Source: Saprospirales bacterium | Lineage (GTDB): Bacteria; Bacteroidota; Bacteroidia; Chitinophagales; Saprospiraceae | Assembly: GCA_024642645.1 (NCBI GenBank) | Contig: JAHEAS010000001.1 | Location: forward strand, 1 to 27,018 | DNA: 27,018 nucleotides | Reading direction: 5' to 3' | In this document: positions 24,570 through 27,018 of the stretch, piece by piece | Layout of the letters: every line of letters starts with the position of its first letter | How positions within the stretch are numbered: position 1 is the first letter of the stretch | The notes under the pieces: generated by a model | What the model saw: the letters and a program-made list of their open reading frames with translations, nothing else | The model's database searches: none | What the model was told of the DNA's origin: nothing | Program-made: the position numbers and the translations under genes

Positions 24570-25979
24570 ATGGGGCATTCCAATTTTACAGACCGTCAAG
24601 CCATTTTCAACCTGATTTCAACTTACGAGGATATGCTTGAAAAGAATCAGGTGAATTTTGCAAACCACTTACCCTATCATGCTTTGGTTAATTACTACGA
24701 GCGTGAGTGCTTGCTCGACCGAGCACTGGAGGTAGTAGAGCATGCCATCCGGCAAGTTGGCTACGATGTAGACTTCTTCCTTCGCAAGGCAGAGCTTCTT
24801 TTGGAGAAAAAGGAGCCTACTCAAGCGCTGTCCCTACTCGACCAAGTAGATGCAAAGACGCCCAACCTGCTTAATACTGCCATCTTACGGGCAGAAAGCT
24901 TGGCGATGATGGGTATGCACGACCAAGGCATTGCCCTTCTTGACGGCCTGAAATACTGTGCCGACGGCGAAGACCTGAGCAAAATATTTGTTTGCGAAGC
25001 AATGATTTATGACAGCCTGAAAGAATACGAACGCATGTTTTATGTGCTAAAGGCTGCACTACATGAAGACCCTTCCAACACAGAGGCGCTCTCGAGGATG
25101 TGGTACGTAGTGGAGTATGCCCGAAAGCACGAAGAAAGTGTTGAACTTCACGAAAAAATCGTGGATGAAGACCCCTACAATGCTTTAGCTTGGTACAATA
25201 TCGGTGCCTCTCAGGCTTACCTCTGCAACTATGAAGCGTCCATCGAAGCATACGAATACGCCTATTTGTCCAAAGATGACTTTGAGTTCGCTTACCGTGA
25301 GTGCGCGGATGTCTGCCTCCTAACCCGTAATTTCCAAAAAGCACTCGGCTGCTACCAGGATTTGTTGGAACGCTTCGAGCCGGATGCCGACCTGTTCTTG
25401 AACATCGGGAAATGCTACGAGGAACTAGGCAACTACCTCGTTGCACGGGATTTTTTCCAGCGTTCTGTCGAGTTTGACCCCTATTGTGCCGAGGTACAAT
25501 TCCATATTGGCCGCTGTTTTGCCAAACAAAAACAATGGCTTAAGGCCGTTGCGGCATTCCAAAAAGCCATTAAACTAGAGGAAAAAAACGAGGACTACCT
25601 TGCTGCAATAGCCGTTGCTTATGCCAATACCGGCAATTTGAAAAAAGCACTCCGCTACTTCCGAGAAGCTGCTGATTGCGCCCCAGAATTGCCCGAGCAT
25701 TGGGTGAACCTTGCTCATTTTTTGATGAAAAACCGCCAATTCGATGAGGCAATCGATGCACTTGACGAGGCTGATGATAACGCTTGGGGTCCAGAGTTAC
25801 TTTACTGCCGCAGTGCCTGCTTGTTTGAAATGGGTAACAAGTCGGAAGCGTTGTTTGTGTTAGAAGAGGCGCTTTACGAAGATTTCGATTCACACACGGC
25901 CTTGTTCCGATTGATGCCAGTATTGGAAAAAGACAAAGAAGTGAAAGCAGTGATCGCCATATTTCAGCCAGAAGAATAG
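24570..25979 (+). CDS. Tetratricopeptide repeat protein, 469 aa
   Basis: Serial TPR motifs (DPYNALAWYNIG, DADLFLNIGKCYEELGNY, AEVQFHIGRCF, EHWVNLAH). Confidence 0.9.
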   Translation: MGHSNFTDRQAIFNLISTYEDMLEKNQVNFANHLPYHALVNYYERECLLDRALEVVEHAIRQVGYDVDFFLRKAELLLEKKEPTQALSLLDQVDAKTPNLLNTAILRAESLAMMGMHDQGIALLDGLKYCADGEDLSKIFVCEAMIYDSLKEYERMFYVLKAALHEDPSNTEALSRMWYVVEYARKHEESVELHEKIVDEDPYNALAWYNIGASQAYLCNYEASIEAYEYAYLSKDDFEFAYRECADVCLLTRNFQKALGCYQDLLERFEPDADLFLNIGKCYEELGNYLVARDFFQRSVEFDPYCAEVQFHIGRCFAKQKQWLKAVAAFQKAIKLEEKNEDYLAAIAVAYANTGNLKKALRYFREAADCAPELPEHWVNLAHFLMKNRQFDEAIDALDEADDNAWGPELLYCRSACLFEMGNKSEALFVLEEALYEDFDSHTALFRLMPVLEKDKEVKAVIAIFQPEE

Positions 25980-26071
25980 CTCACCCTGCTCAACTTTGGC
26001 TACTTAACTTACTGTTCCCATATATTTTACTTCCGATTCATAAATGACGGAAGTTACTCACCCTGGTGGAG

Positions 26072-26110
26072 GAACGATGCCCTAATTTGAAAGGCATCGT
26101 TCTTTTTTTT
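26072..26110 (+). terminator. Intrinsic terminator downstream of the TPR gene
   Basis: 10-bp perfect stem GAACGATGCC / GGCATCGTTC followed by T8. Confidence 0.85.
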
Positions 26111-26249
26111 CCCAAACCAAGTGTTTTTTGCCCCAAATGGCTCCGAATCCGGCCCAAATTCCATGCATACCCGTCTTTGGAATATTTTTTGAATAAAAGT
26201 GGCTGCTGTAGGTCCCACCCCCGTTTTGGCCATTATTCAAAAAACAACG

Positions 26250-27018
26250 ATGAAAAAACATGTCCTGCCAATCTTGGTTTCAATCCTCGCACTGTTCGCT
26301 GCCTGCAACAAAACGCCTGATAAGGTAATCAGCATCAATCCAAATGAACTGACCACCGCCGACCAGGTCAAAATTGGCGAAGCGTTCCAGCTTGCGCTAG
26401 AGGCGAACACGGACAAATTCCCGCTATTGGATGAAGCAAGCTACCCGGAGGCTAATGCTTATATCTCCAAGCTGTTTTACAGCATGATTAATACGGCACA
26501 GGTGCAGCATCGAAAAGATTATAACTGGTCAGTTCATATCATCCGAGACGATGAGATGAGAACGGCGTTTTTCCTTCCCGGCGGGCATCTCTACATTTAT
26601 ACCGGTTTGTTGAAATACCTAGACACGGAGAGTGAGCTGCTTGGAATAATTGGTCATGAGTTATATTACGTTGACTCCGAATTACTCACAGAAAGGGTCC
26701 GACAGGCATTTGGCGGTGTCTTATTGGGCGACATTTTACTCGAAAACCCAGTACCAGATCTGCTCGATTTCGTGAATGATATGCCGATGTTGGACTTTGA
26801 CGAAGAGGACGTTACGGCTGCCGATGCTTTTTCGGTCCAGCTGATTTGCCCCTTCTTGTACGAGCCTTCAGCCATTAAAAAGATATTGGTAAAAGCAGAA
26901 ATGGAGGAGTTGAAGCCGCTTTGGCTGAAGACCCGACCCGCCAGATATGAAACCCGGATATTACTATTGAACGAAGCGTCAGCGGCTTGCGGCCTGCCAG
27001 GTGTTTCTAATGAAGAAA
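26250..27018 (+). CDS. M48-family (peptidase-like) lipoprotein with degenerate zinc site, truncated by the window edge
   Basis: Not in the ORF track (no stop in window). Hand translation: MKKHVLPILVSILALFAA-C19 lipobox, then WSVHIIRDD, AFFLPGGHLYIYTGLLKYLDTESELLGIIGHELYY, TAAD, KTRP. Confidence 0.85.
   Translation, partial: MKKHVLPILVSILALFAACNKTPDKVISINPNELTTADQVKIGEAFQLALEANTDKFPLLDEASYPEANAYISKLFYSMINTAQVQHRKDYNWSVHIIRDDEMRTAFFLPGGHLYIYTGLLKYLDTESELLGIIGHELYYVDSELLTERVRQAFGGVLLGDILLENPVPDLLDFVNDMPMLDFDEEDVTAADAFSVQLICPFLYEPSAIKKILVKAEMEELKPLWLKTRPARYETRILLLNEASAACGLPGVSNEE

Overview
Bacteroidota chromosomal window, probably Saprospiraceae/Chitinophagales-like (inferred from gene content and TAnnTTTG promoter boxes). 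Its core is a complete type IX secretion/gliding motor locus, porP-gldK-gldL-gldM-gldN (minus strand, 7882-13823). About 5 kb away in inverted orientation lies a second, orphan gldM-gldN pair (352-2777) with no gldK/gldL of its own, whose GldM keeps an identical N-terminal motor helix. Between them are a BlaI/M56 (BlaR1-like) pair with three palindromic operators, msrA-msrB, a dodecin and a gamma-carbonic-anhydrase/PaaY-like gene. Further right are a YyaL/SPATA20-like thioredoxin protein, a large Cys-rich exported helical protein, an ECF sigma factor with a TonB-C-containing putative anti-sigma (separated by a REP-doublet element), two rhomboid proteases plus an EEP nuclease, a TPR protein, and a truncated M48-family lipoprotein that has lost its zinc ligands. 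No rRNA, tRNA, CRISPR array or transposase was seen.
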